Positions 1 to 9,167 of a stretch of DNA of 60,555 nt are shown one piece after another. The stretch is taken from positions 128,001 through 188,555 of the IMG/VR virus record IMGVR_UViG_3300017971_000004. One strand, given 5' to 3'. A program made the translations under genes and the position numbers. The stretch comes from a virus (taxonomy: Duplodnaviria; Heunggongvirae; Uroviricota; Caudoviricetes). The stretch's first letter is position 1, and the number at the start of each line of letters is the position of its first letter. A model generated the notes under the pieces. That model saw nothing but the letters and a program-made list of their open reading frames with translations. It ran no database searches and was not told the origin of the DNA.

Positions 1-359
1 CGACCGATGTTTTCAACGAGAGCGTTGGGAGCCTGCGGAAACTCACTGATAGTATACTGCTTGATCCCCTTGGGCTTCTCGGCCAATAACTCCTTGATAT
101 CCACGGCGAGCCGAGTCACCTTCAGGCGTTCGTAGACCTCGCGCCAAGAGGTGATATTTTCCATGAGCTTGTAAAAAAGAGCAAAATTCCCACGTACTCC
201 ACACCGTCCGGAGCCGCACACAAAGACTCCCCGGTCAATGTTTATTGAGAATGAAGGATTATGGTCATCATGGAATGGACATCGAGCATGTATCTCCCCG
301 GAGGAGTTGGGTTCCTTATCGGGAAACTTGGACAGAATGTACGACTGCGGATCGACCAT
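1..359 (-). CDS. DNA primase (DnaG-type), N-terminal CHC2 zinc finger; runs off the left edge
   Basis: Not in the ORF track. Manual translation from ATG at 359 gives MVDPQSYILSKFPDKEPNSSGEIHARCPFHDDHNPSFSINIDRGVFVCGSGRCG..., open to the edge. CPFH-D-PSF...C...C is the primase zinc-binding motif; the gene follows the DnaB-like gene. Confidence 0.85.
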   Translation of the reverse strand, partial: MVDPQSYILSKFPDKEPNSSGEIHARCPFHDDHNPSFSINIDRGVFVCGSGRCGVRGNFALFYKLMENITSWREVYERLKVTRLAVDIKELLAEKPKGIKQYTISEFPQAPNALVENIG

Positions 360-403
360 ATCTTCCCCGAAAAACCAGTACTCTGTCACATACTCAGACC
401 GTA

Positions 404-432
404 TAACTAGCAGCCACGAAAACCCATGTCAA
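404..432 (-). promoter_or_regulatory. Sigma70-like promoter upstream of primase
   Basis: Minus strand TTGACA (432-427), 17-nt spacer, TAGTTA (409-404) in an AT-rich intergenic gap; the -10 box is imperfect. Confidence 0.5.
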
Positions 433-474
433 GAAAAAACACCACTTAATTTATGTTCAGTGCCGAGAAAAGTT

Positions 475-1833
475 CTAAGTATTCGGAACGTAAGGATTTA
501 TTCGTGCAGCATGCTGCCATAAACGATGCAATTCACGACTAACTACCATCCTTGGAAGATCAGAATCTAAAACTATTTCAGGTATAGTAATAGGGCCACC
601 CCGGAAGAACTGCGGAGACAGCACTATGATGCCGGCCTCGGCCTCCTTTTCATTTTGATCGATTCCGATACAAAGGTCGATTCCGCGAGAGATATCCGTG
701 GATAATCCTCGGTGGCCAAGTCCGAGACGATCCGCCTGTGCACCCTCCAAATTCGACTGGGAAGCCTCGAAGATTGCCACATTGTATCGTTCTGCGTGAA
801 TTTTCAAATCCCAGACAATCTGACGCTGCTCGTGGCGTTCCTGATTGAACGATTTCGAAGGTGCAATGATATTCAAATAATCCCATATCTCTACATCTGC
901 AACAAAACCCTCACGGTCTTTGAGACGTTCGATCTCCTCTTCCACGTCCGAGACTTTGGTCTCGTAAGAAGTGCCCTTGATAATCTTCAACCGATTTTTC
1001 CAGGTCTGCATCCAGGAGAACGTGCGGTCGAGGTCCTCCTTCTCCTTCTTGGTGAGCAGCAGGTTCGAGACGCGGTCGTAGTTCAGCTCGGAGAACATGG
1101 CGTCGTAGCGATCCATCGTCATGTCCATCGAATTCTCGTAGGTGACATGCAGCACATCGAAGCCTTGAAGCAGAAAGGCGTAACCGAAGGCATTCAAAAA
1201 GATGCTCTTGTAGCGTTTGAACGGAGCAAGCATGTCCGCCAGCATCGGTGCCTTGATAACGAACTGCTGATCGAGCCCCATGATGCCGGTCAGGATCCGG
1301 GGGCTCATGCTCGGGTTGTCACGGATGTACCGTCGCTGCTCCTGGCGTTCCTGGTACGTAGTGGCGTAGTCGACGACCGGAAGCCGGTTGGTTCGAATGA
1401 CATCCTTCGCGCTGTGGAAACCTTCTTCGATCTCGTCGAGCAGGAAATCGACCCGACTCGTGCGCGCGAAACCCTCGAAGGCACTCCGCGTCTTGGTGTT
1501 GGCGATACAGAATGCAACGTAAGCACGGAACGTACTGGATGCGTCCTCGATGAACGACAGTTTACGGATGTAGAGCGCGTAGAGCTGGTTACGGTACTTG
1601 AACCGCGTCTCCTCGTTCTCGACGGAGAGCAGCTCTTGATCTAGATACTCGAAGACAGGCGGTTTCCAGTTGCGCTTCTGCAAGATCCTGACGAGCCACT
1701 GGTAGGAATCGACCTGAAAATATTCAGGCTCTACGACACGAAGGACGTCGACCTCGACGAACCCAGCGTTTTGCAAAATGGAGGCGAGAAATTCGGCCTC
1801 GATGTTGACGTCAATCTGCATCAGGTCGGCCAA
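475..1833 (-). CDS. DnaB/gp41-like replicative helicase (SF4)
   Basis: ILTGIMGLD preceding a variant Walker A (APFKRYKS), HVTYEN, Walker B IWDYLNII, LKIHAERYNVAIFEASQSN (H3-like) and STDISRGID (H4-like); adjacent to loader and primase genes. Confidence 0.85.
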   Translation of the reverse strand: MADLMQIDVNIEAEFLASILQNAGFVEVDVLRVVEPEYFQVDSYQWLVRILQKRNWKPPVFEYLDQELLSVENEETRFKYRNQLYALYIRKLSFIEDASSTFRAYVAFCIANTKTRSAFEGFARTSRVDFLLDEIEEGFHSAKDVIRTNRLPVVDYATTYQERQEQRRYIRDNPSMSPRILTGIMGLDQQFVIKAPMLADMLAPFKRYKSIFLNAFGYAFLLQGFDVLHVTYENSMDMTMDRYDAMFSELNYDRVSNLLLTKKEKEDLDRTFSWMQTWKNRLKIIKGTSYETKVSDVEEEIERLKDREGFVADVEIWDYLNIIAPSKSFNQERHEQRQIVWDLKIHAERYNVAIFEASQSNLEGAQADRLGLGHRGLSTDISRGIDLCIGIDQNEKEAEAGIIVLSPQFFRGGPITIPEIVLDSDLPRMVVSRELHRLWQHAARINPYVPNT

Positions 1834-2567
1834 TCGCTCCTACCGTCCATGAGCCGGAAATCCTCGCCGCCCCCTACCTCGACCTGACGGAAGATCTTAC
1901 CTCCGACAATGCCGTCCGGACGTATCTCCAGGACCGAGTCGAGAACCCCTTGGTAGAAGCCGACAAGGCTTGCGGGAGCGAAGTTCGAGGTGATGATCGT
2001 GGGCAACTTGTTGTTGCGACGGTAGTGCATGATACGGTGCAGCATCGAGATGACAGTGTCGGTCTTCCACGCGGCGCTCCTACTCTCACTGCCGAGGTCA
2101 TCGATCACCAACACCGTCGACTTCCAGGCGTCCCCAACATCCTCGCGCTCCAGAAACGCCTCCAGCAAGGAATGCATGTCGGCAAAGCCGTAGGTGCGTT
2201 GACGACTGTAATTCTCGGTCTTGCAGAAGGGCCACGCCAACGCGTACACGAGGTAGTGAGCCAGCGTCGTCTTGCCGCGCCCGTTCTCCTTAGAAAACAG
2301 GTAAAGGCTCAACCCTTTGTCCATCACGTCGAAGGGATTGCGCAAGAAGTAGTCCACCGACTCTCCACCAGATTCCAGCATCGGCAGCACGTAGTTCGAA
2401 GAACTCACCAGATCGAGAGTATCTTCATGAAATCCACCATCGATGAGCCAGCTGAAGGCGCGGAACTTGATCGCGCAGTTGCACAGATCGAAGTCGATGT
2501 AGCCGTCTCCGCCACAAGCGGGGCAGCCCCCCATGATGCGCTCCTTCAGCTGCTTCAGATCGGTCAT
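1821..2567 (-). CDS. DnaC/IstB-like AAA+ helicase loader
   Basis: N-terminal CPAC...CNC zinc knuckle, Walker A ENGRGKTT, Walker B VLVIDDLGSE, LPTIITSNF. Confidence 0.85.
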   Translation of the reverse strand: MTDLKQLKERIMGGCPACGGDGYIDFDLCNCAIKFRAFSWLIDGGFHEDTLDLVSSSNYVLPMLESGGESVDYFLRNPFDVMDKGLSLYLFSKENGRGKTTLAHYLVYALAWPFCKTENYSRQRTYGFADMHSLLEAFLEREDVGDAWKSTVLVIDDLGSESRSAAWKTDTVISMLHRIMHYRRNNKLPTIITSNFAPASLVGFYQGVLDSVLEIRPDGIVGGKIFRQVEVGGGEDFRLMDGRSDWPT

Positions 2568-3244
2568 TGAGCGTGCACCTCGACGAAGTCAGCGAGCGCG
2601 TCCACGCAAACCTTGCTCCACCCCTCCAGGACGTTGTAGATACCCTCCAGTTCCTCCTGAACCTTCCAGGACATCTCCTTGCCCTCGTCTCCCATCCGAA
2701 GGCGCTTGGCAAGCGCGGGACGCACGTCGATGCGCAAGACGATTCCCAAGTGGACCCGACCCACATCGTTCGAATCATCATAGAGGACGCCGACTACGGC
2801 AAAGTCATCTGACAGCTCGTCCCAGATGGACTCGGCTCCATCGAGGCTCAGCTCCTCGGCCACCTCGCGCCGCACGTTGTTCCGGATCAGCCCCATCCGA
2901 CGCTCGGCGCTATCGGCAGGATTGATATGCCCCCCGATGCCGATGGAGAAAAGATCGGTGAGGCGCTTCTCGGCCCCGGATCGCCGGTACGTCAAGTAGC
3001 GGTCTCCTGAAGAGACAATCAAGTAAGGAATGATCTGCTTATAGACCGGATTCTCCTCGGCCTCACGACGCGACATGAAAAAGGCCCCCCGCAGACTCGC
3101 TGAGATCTGGTCCAGATCGTCAGGCTGCGTGGTGATCGAACATCCGTCGAGGCCGTCGAAGTCCTCCAGAACCTCGCGATCTACAACGAGAACCAGCTCA
3201 TGCACCTCTGGTCCCAGCTCAGGATTCTGTTTCTTCTTGCTCAT
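2564..3244 (-). CDS. Nudix-family phosphohydrolase (COG4112-like)
   Basis: YKQIIPY...EKRL...SIGIGGHINP...RREVAEEL...GRVHLG. Start reassigned to ATG 3244 (ATGA overlap with the upstream stop, GGAGG RBS). Confidence 0.8.
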   Translation of the reverse strand: MSKKKQNPELGPEVHELVLVVDREVLEDFDGLDGCSITTQPDDLDQISASLRGAFFMSRREAEENPVYKQIIPYLIVSSGDRYLTYRRSGAEKRLTDLFSIGIGGHINPADSAERRMGLIRNNVRREVAEELSLDGAESIWDELSDDFAVVGVLYDDSNDVGRVHLGIVLRIDVRPALAKRLRMGDEGKEMSWKVQEELEGIYNVLEGWSKVCVDALADFVEVHAQ

Positions 3245-4392
3245 CCCCTCCTCCAGCGCACGTCCCGGATCGCCTGGTAGGGCGAAATGTTGGTACCATT
3301 CTCGTCCCACAGATCAGGATACATTCCGTAACGCGAGTACTCTTCCCACGTCGGCATAGCCGTCAACAGACGCGGATCATCCCATTCTTTATGGAACTCC
3401 TCGAAGTTCTCGGGCGACACTCGGATCGTCAGGTACTTGTTGGTGGCATAGTGACGCTTACCGCGTCGTTGGGTGCCGTCCGCATAGTAGTAGTAACCGT
3501 CAGCGGTGATTCTCCGAATCTTGCTCCGGTCGATCATGTCGTCGGAAGCCGGCTGCCATCCCTTCGGAATCGCCCCGTCTGGGAACTCACATTCGAAAGA
3601 GAGCCCCAAGAACTCCCGCACCGCGCGCCATTCGTCGGCAGCGCGGATACGGAGCAGGTCAAAATCGGGATCGAGCTGGTTGACGTTCACAACCGTCTGG
3701 ATCTGGAGAGGCTGCTCGGGAGCCATCTTGTAAAGATTGCGGCACTTGAGCACCAACCAATCGAGATAGTCGACCCCTTCGTTGTGAATCTGATTGATAC
3801 GGTTCGCAACCTGCTGATAGAGCACCAATGTCTTCGGAGGAGCTTTTCCCTTCTCGACTCCCCTGCTCAAGTCGGGGCCGATGAAGACACGCTTCGAAAA
3901 GGAGGCGCGTCCGCTGTGCTCGATCTGAAGACGAATGAACTCCAGCATGAAGAAGGCCACTTCATCCACGAGCTTTCGACTCTTGGTGTACTTCCTGAAC
4001 TTGCGCATCCAGGTCCAGTGCTTGCGCTGCCCAAGAAGCATCGTAGGACGTTCATACATCTCGTAGGGAGTCATGCAGAAGGAGAGCACGCAGTAACTGC
4101 GCCAATCGACATCCATGTCCTCACAGATCCAGAGCCAGCGGCGCACGTAGTCGACACTCTTGCGAAGAAGTCCAATGGGATCGGGATCATCGTGCCACGG
4201 CGTCAGCAAGCCGGTGAAGACGAAACAGGTCCAAAAATATCGAGAAAGATAGATGATATCGTCAAAGCACTCCCGAGGATCGAGGAGGTTCTTGTTCGTA
4301 AAATAGACCGGGCGCACGCCATACTTCTGAGACAAAGCGAGAGAGTACTCGTAGAGGTCGGCGTGGACCTGCTCGGTGACGAAGTCGCTCAT
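3241..4392 (-). CDS. Hypothetical protein (383 aa) in the replication cluster
   Basis: Long ORF with ATGA overlaps on both sides; no motif recognised. Confidence 0.75.
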   Translation of the reverse strand: MSDFVTEQVHADLYEYSLALSQKYGVRPVYFTNKNLLDPRECFDDIIYLSRYFWTCFVFTGLLTPWHDDPDPIGLLRKSVDYVRRWLWICEDMDVDWRSYCVLSFCMTPYEMYERPTMLLGQRKHWTWMRKFRKYTKSRKLVDEVAFFMLEFIRLQIEHSGRASFSKRVFIGPDLSRGVEKGKAPPKTLVLYQQVANRINQIHNEGVDYLDWLVLKCRNLYKMAPEQPLQIQTVVNVNQLDPDFDLLRIRAADEWRAVREFLGLSFECEFPDGAIPKGWQPASDDMIDRSKIRRITADGYYYYADGTQRRGKRHYATNKYLTIRVSPENFEEFHKEWDDPRLLTAMPTWEEYSRYGMYPDLWDENGTNISPYQAIRDVRWRRG

Positions 4393-6197
4393 TTCAAGTA
4401 CCTCAACAGGTCTTCACGGCCCAGCTCGACCAACTTCTCGTCCGAAGTGGTCAATGCGTCCGCGAGGTCCTGCTTTCCGTGCAGGCGGTCACGAATCAGC
4501 TCGTCGACGGAGTTGATGACATCCAGAAAGATCATCGTCGCCGGCTTCGCCCGAATGGTATCCAGCCGCGACATCTGGCCGCTCGTGATCCGGCGGTGGA
4601 TGCGGTCGATGCTCTGCTTGTAAAGCGTGAAGCTGTAAGGACGATCGACGTAGATGGCGGTGCGCGCCCTAGCCAGGAAATCGAGACCCGTCCCGGCCTT
4701 GGCCGGAATGGCGACGACCACGCGAGGCTTGTCCCGGTTCTCGAAGTCGAAGGCCATCTGTTCGAGCTGCTCGTTGGTGACGCCGCCGTAGATCTGGTAC
4801 GCGCCGTAGATGGGATCGTACCTCTCGTAGAGATTCTCAACTGCGCGTCGAAATTCGGTCCACAGGATGACCTTCTGCTCCGGATCGGCCAGAATCTCCT
4901 CAAGAATGTTGTCAATTTCGACATATTTGGCCGATTCGCCAGCTTCATCGAGAAGATTCGGATGATTCATGACCTGGCGCAGGCGCAGCACTGTCGTGTT
5001 GTTCGACAAGAAGCGCATCAGGTTGATGACGGTGGATTTCGGCAATCCGGCAACGATTTCGCCACAGATCGTGCGATAAAGGGCCAGCTGCTTCCCGGAC
5101 AGCTCCACATCCCGGATCATGAAGACGCGATCCGGAAATCCATGCATGTCGGCCTTGGTGCGCCGGATGGAGACAGCTTCGATCATCGTTTTCAGCTCGT
5201 CCAGGTTGCGATATCCCACTACCTTGGCATGAGTGCCCTTCGATCCGTAGCTGATCGCCTGTTTCACGACAAAATGATGCTCGAACTTATTGATGTGGGG
5301 CAGATAGCCCTGCGTCAACACCTTCAGGGCCACGTAAGCGTTCAACGGGCTCTCCGAAACGGGAGTCCCGGTCAGCAAGATGGTCCTCGGGCGCTTCCCA
5401 GCCCGATCCTTCGACTCATTCAGGAGGGATAACACGCACTTCGTGCGCTTGGCAGTCAGGTTCTTATACATGTGGAATTCGTCGACGATGATCAAATCCC
5501 ACAGCATCGAACGCAATAGCTTCGTAGTGTCTCCGTAGATGTTTCCTCGCCCGCCCCCTCCGATAAGATTCTCGGGGTGGATGAGCATCAGGTCCCACTC
5601 GGTTTCCTGGTGCTCTTGGATGAACTTGAACGCCCGCTTACGCCCCGAAGGCACCTGGACCACCTTGAGGTAGGTATGCTTCTCAACCTCCCGTCTGAAG
5701 GAAATTTGGGCCGTGTAAGGACAGATGACGAGAGAACGCCGTACCAACGTGTCGAGGACGACGATAGCCGCGAGCGCCTCAAGGCTCTTCCCCACCCCCA
5801 TCTCGTCGAAGATCCCGGCTCTCCGATTGTTCACGGCGAAGGAGATGGCCGGTAGCTGGTCCTCGTAGGGCACGCACTTGAGCTTCCCGTTGAGGGCACC
5901 CCGAACCTGATCGTTGTTGACCCCCCGCTTGATGTCGATGTTGCGCACCTGCCGAGAACCCAGATAAGCGAGCCTGTCCCAGGCATCATCGGTGATGGTG
6001 CGCCCCTCCACCAGGCCGAGCTGGTCCAAACGGGCTCGGAGGAGGTTCATGTCGTGGAAGTTGATGGTCCAGAGGTTCTCTTCGATCTCGTAGGCCGACA
6101 GCAACGAGCGCACGACCAGATAGGCCCGCTGGTAGTAGGGATGGGTCGGATCGAGCCGGACGCAGATGCGCCAGCGTCTCAAGAAGACATCGATCAA
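4389..6197 (-). CDS. SNF2/SWI2-family helicase/translocase
   Basis: DEMGVGKS (motif I), LIIVDEFH (II), LLTGTP (III), LRLRQVMNHP, KVILWTEF, AGTGLDF, QSIDRIHR (VI). Confidence 0.92.
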   Translation of the reverse strand: MIDVFLRRWRICVRLDPTHPYYQRAYLVVRSLLSAYEIEENLWTINFHDMNLLRARLDQLGLVEGRTITDDAWDRLAYLGSRQVRNIDIKRGVNNDQVRGALNGKLKCVPYEDQLPAISFAVNNRRAGIFDEMGVGKSLEALAAIVVLDTLVRRSLVICPYTAQISFRREVEKHTYLKVVQVPSGRKRAFKFIQEHQETEWDLMLIHPENLIGGGGRGNIYGDTTKLLRSMLWDLIIVDEFHMYKNLTAKRTKCVLSLLNESKDRAGKRPRTILLTGTPVSESPLNAYVALKVLTQGYLPHINKFEHHFVVKQAISYGSKGTHAKVVGYRNLDELKTMIEAVSIRRTKADMHGFPDRVFMIRDVELSGKQLALYRTICGEIVAGLPKSTVINLMRFLSNNTTVLRLRQVMNHPNLLDEAGESAKYVEIDNILEEILADPEQKVILWTEFRRAVENLYERYDPIYGAYQIYGGVTNEQLEQMAFDFENRDKPRVVVAIPAKAGTGLDFLARARTAIYVDRPYSFTLYKQSIDRIHRRITSGQMSRLDTIRAKPATMIFLDVINSVDELIRDRLHGKQDLADALTTSDEKLVELGREDLLRYLK

Positions 6198-6619
6198 AAG
6201 TCCCCCTCCAGAAAGGCCTCGATCTCGGCCTCACGCTTGTCCTTCTCGGAGACGTGTGCTGCCTCGATGAGCCGTCCCTTGAGCAGAGGATAGCCTCGAC
6301 GACCCACTCCCTTCACCTCGATCTGCCGCACCGGGGCATCCGGGTTCATGTAGTAGAGTGTCTCGAAGGTTCGCGCCTCGTCGGTGCCGATCTTGGCCAA
6401 AGATGTCTTCACCGCGATGCGGATCGTGTCGTCGGAGCCCACATCTCCCTGCCACAGATACCAGAGAACGCCCTGAGCGGACTCCGCGCGAGACGTGAGG
6501 TACTTCCCGCAGCCGTCGCTCCAGGAGCATTCCTCGTCGTTCACCCAGGCCTGGACGAGCTGCCCCTCCCGACGTCTCCCAGCAGCCTTCTGGAAGCCGA
6601 TCTGGACGATCACTCTCAT
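6194..6619 (-). CDS. Hypothetical protein (141 aa)
   Basis: ATGA-coupled to both neighbours; no motif recognised. Confidence 0.75.
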   Translation of the reverse strand: MRVIVQIGFQKAAGRRREGQLVQAWVNDEECSWSDGCGKYLTSRAESAQGVLWYLWQGDVGSDDTIRIAVKTSLAKIGTDEARTFETLYYMNPDAPVRQIEVKGVGRRGYPLLKGRLIEAAHVSEKDKREAEIEAFLEGDF

Positions 6620-7563
6620 TGAGAGATCATCTCCTCGATGGCGTCGCCATAATCATCGTCTTCCGGACCTCCGGTAGGTGGCAACCGGCGTTCCATCCAC
6701 TTCATGATCAGGTCGGGGATCGACTTGCAGAAGGTCACCTTCTTCACACCGGTCAAACCGGAAGGTTCGAACTGCTGGAACTTGAACTTGTCATAGATTT
6801 TCTTCGGATCGACTCCGTACTGGAGCAGCATCGACACCGCGATGGCCCACATGTCCGCGAAACCGTGCGATTCTGCACCCTCTTTGCCAAGACGGATGAA
6901 CACCTCACCTGGAGTACCATCCGCGTAGGTGCCCACCGTGAAGTAGCCGTGCTGACCGCTGATTTGAAAACGTACTGTATAGCTGTCACGCTCGTCGTCG
7001 AGATGAAACCGCCTCGGATGGGGTGCTCCACGCGGAGAAGGGTTCGCATCGAAGATCCGATCCTCGATCAACTTGAAGGGCTGCCGAGTCACGGAACCCT
7101 TGGGCCTCAAGCTCTCCGGCTCCTCACCTCCGAAGGCCCGGTCGACCACATCGCCAGTCGTCTCGTAACATCTCAGCAAGTCGACCGCGTAGTTGATGGC
7201 GTCGTCAACCCGGCTCTCGCGCCCATACCGAAGTGCATCGAGCATGCAGTAGATGATGTTGTCCTCCAGGATGCCAAGATGCTGCGCTTTGCTGAACTCC
7301 TTGAACGTGATCTCTCCTTGATACTCGCGCTTCTCGAACTTCCCCGACTGGAACCGCGCCTTGAGAACGCTCAGATACCAGATGGTCTTCTTGACATCCT
7401 CCTTGCCGTTCTTCTTCTTGTGGCGCGACACGTACTTGACCACGCAGCCCTCGGTGAAGCCCAGCTTCCAGTCCTCGATGAAATCGATGGGTTGATACTT
7501 GCCGTCATAGTGCTTCTTTTCGTTGCCAGGGGAATTCCGGTCGATTTCCAGACGCTTGCTCAT
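6616..7563 (-). CDS. DUF3310 (T7 gp1.7-like) domain(s) fused to a TSCPD domain of the class II RNR C-terminal type
   Basis: N-term KHYDGKYQPIDFIEDWKLGFTEGCVVKYVSRHKKKNGKEDVKKTIWYL is DUF3310-like. C-term GYFTVGTYADGTPGEVFI..GKEG...AIAVSMLLQYGV...FEPSG...KSIPD is TSCPD-like. Confidence 0.8.
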   Translation of the reverse strand: MSKRLEIDRNSPGNEKKHYDGKYQPIDFIEDWKLGFTEGCVVKYVSRHKKKNGKEDVKKTIWYLSVLKARFQSGKFEKREYQGEITFKEFSKAQHLGILEDNIIYCMLDALRYGRESRVDDAINYAVDLLRCYETTGDVVDRAFGGEEPESLRPKGSVTRQPFKLIEDRIFDANPSPRGAPHPRRFHLDDERDSYTVRFQISGQHGYFTVGTYADGTPGEVFIRLGKEGAESHGFADMWAIAVSMLLQYGVDPKKIYDKFKFQQFEPSGLTGVKKVTFCKSIPDLIMKWMERRLPPTGGPEDDDYGDAIEEMISQ

Positions 7564-9131
7564 TGGGTCACCTTGTCCAGGAGGGCCTTGACGTTAGTCT
7601 CGGCGTACTGCATGTTCGATTCTCCCTGACCACCCCGACACGCCGCCGACGGATGTACGCTGATTGCCACCAGCGCGTCGATGTCACCGATCACACTGCG
7701 GGGTTTGTCCAGAATCTCGCCGCAGTGCTTCGTCACCCGGCTCCGGTATGGAGTGACGAGACTCATCGCCTCGTTACCGAAACAGATGATGAGCTTGGGC
7801 TTGACGAGGTCAATCTCGGCCCGGAGATACCGCGAGCACGCCAAAACCTCGGGCCATGTCGGAGGACGATTGGCCTGGGAGTAGCACTTGCACGCGTTGG
7901 TGATCCAGCACTCGTGTCGCTCCAGACCAACCACCTCCAAGAAGCGATTGAGCCGACCTCCTGCCGGCGCATCCGGCCAGAACGGAACACCGTTCTCCAG
8001 CTCCTGCTGGCCAGGGTTACGGCCCACGAGCATGATGTCGACCCCTTGATGACCTTGGGGAAGAGTCGGCCCCTTCTCGCCCGTGTCGGCCCGGAGAGCG
8101 CACTGGTTGCATCCGAGGATCGCCCAGTCGACCTCTCGAAGATCGGTCCAGGTCTGATTCGATAGATATACTTCCATTTCATCCACCATGACCGTCAGAT
8201 CCGAAGCCGACGTGGGAACCAACGGCTCGATGTTCGCACACGACTTCCCGATGCGCTCCGCCATCACCTGGAGTCGGAAGGAATCCCGGTCGAGCGGTTG
8301 CCCGAGCTGCTCTCGAAGAAGCTTCAGGTCCTGTGAAGAAAGGCAATGCGCGGCTTCGCGGATAGCGGGCAACTTCACAAGACGGTACGTCTCCCCAAGA
8401 ACGTCATCGGCATCCAGGATCCGCGCCGTCGTCTTGCGCTTCTTCAGTTCCTTGATGAGGTTCTCATCGAGGCTCATGATATTGCCCAACGTCTCGTACT
8501 CGCGGAGCAACTTCGAGCCTATCTTTTGGCCGATCCCCTTCACCCCCGGCAAATTGTCCGAAGCATCCCCCATCATCGACTTCAGATCGGGGATGCGTTC
8601 CGGAGATACACCAAGGACCTCCACTACCTTTGAATGATCTACTAGAAGTTCCTTCTGAGGATCCCAGATGAGGATGCGCCCATCTTCCCGAACGAGCTGC
8701 CACAGGTCTTGATCCCCGGTAGCGATGACGATCTTCCAATCCGGGAAGTGCTCGATGCGCTTCAGATAGTGCTCTGAGAGCCACGAGAGGACGTCGTCAG
8801 CCTCGACGCCAGGCAAGATGACCTGACGCACCCCGAGGGCCTCGAAGTACCTCCTGGCGTAGCCTGCTTGCTCCTGGACCATCTCCAGATCGATGTCGCT
8901 CTCCCGTTTCTTCTCCATCCGGTGAGCCTTGTAATCGGGGTAGAGCTGCGAGCGCCACCAGGACATTCCCTTGTCCCAGCACACCACGAGGTCCTGCGGT
9001 CGGAACTTGTGAATCATCGAGTAGAAGTAGTTCAAGACCCCTTTCGCCAGAGAGCTGTCGCCGGTTCCGTAGCCGGCGTAGGCCGCGCGCCAGAGCAGAG
9101 GGTTCCCGTCGATGAGGAGAACGACATTCAT
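7560..9131 (-). CDS. 5'-3' exonuclease (FEN/PolA-N type) fused to family-4-like uracil-DNA glycosylase
   Basis: Exonuclease motifs LIDGN, YPDYKAHR, EADDV, TGDQDLWQL, GDASDNLPGVKGIG. UDG motifs CNQC, VGRNPGQQE, WITNACKC-x15-C, KPKLIICFG, HPS. Confidence 0.88.
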   Translation of the reverse strand: MNVVLLIDGNPLLWRAAYAGYGTGDSSLAKGVLNYFYSMIHKFRPQDLVVCWDKGMSWWRSQLYPDYKAHRMEKKRESDIDLEMVQEQAGYARRYFEALGVRQVILPGVEADDVLSWLSEHYLKRIEHFPDWKIVIATGDQDLWQLVREDGRILIWDPQKELLVDHSKVVEVLGVSPERIPDLKSMMGDASDNLPGVKGIGQKIGSKLLREYETLGNIMSLDENLIKELKKRKTTARILDADDVLGETYRLVKLPAIREAAHCLSSQDLKLLREQLGQPLDRDSFRLQVMAERIGKSCANIEPLVPTSASDLTVMVDEMEVYLSNQTWTDLREVDWAILGCNQCALRADTGEKGPTLPQGHQGVDIMLVGRNPGQQELENGVPFWPDAPAGGRLNRFLEVVGLERHECWITNACKCYSQANRPPTWPEVLACSRYLRAEIDLVKPKLIICFGNEAMSLVTPYRSRVTKHCGEILDKPRSVIGDIDALVAISVHPSAACRGGQGESNMQYAETNVKALLDKVTQ

Positions 9132-9167
9132 ACCTCTTAAATTACTGGACTGGAATGTTCGGGAAGA

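Noticed and set aside
7950-8030. UdgX-type covalent uracil-binding protein
   Set aside because: It lacks the GEQPG motif and the extended KRRIH loop.
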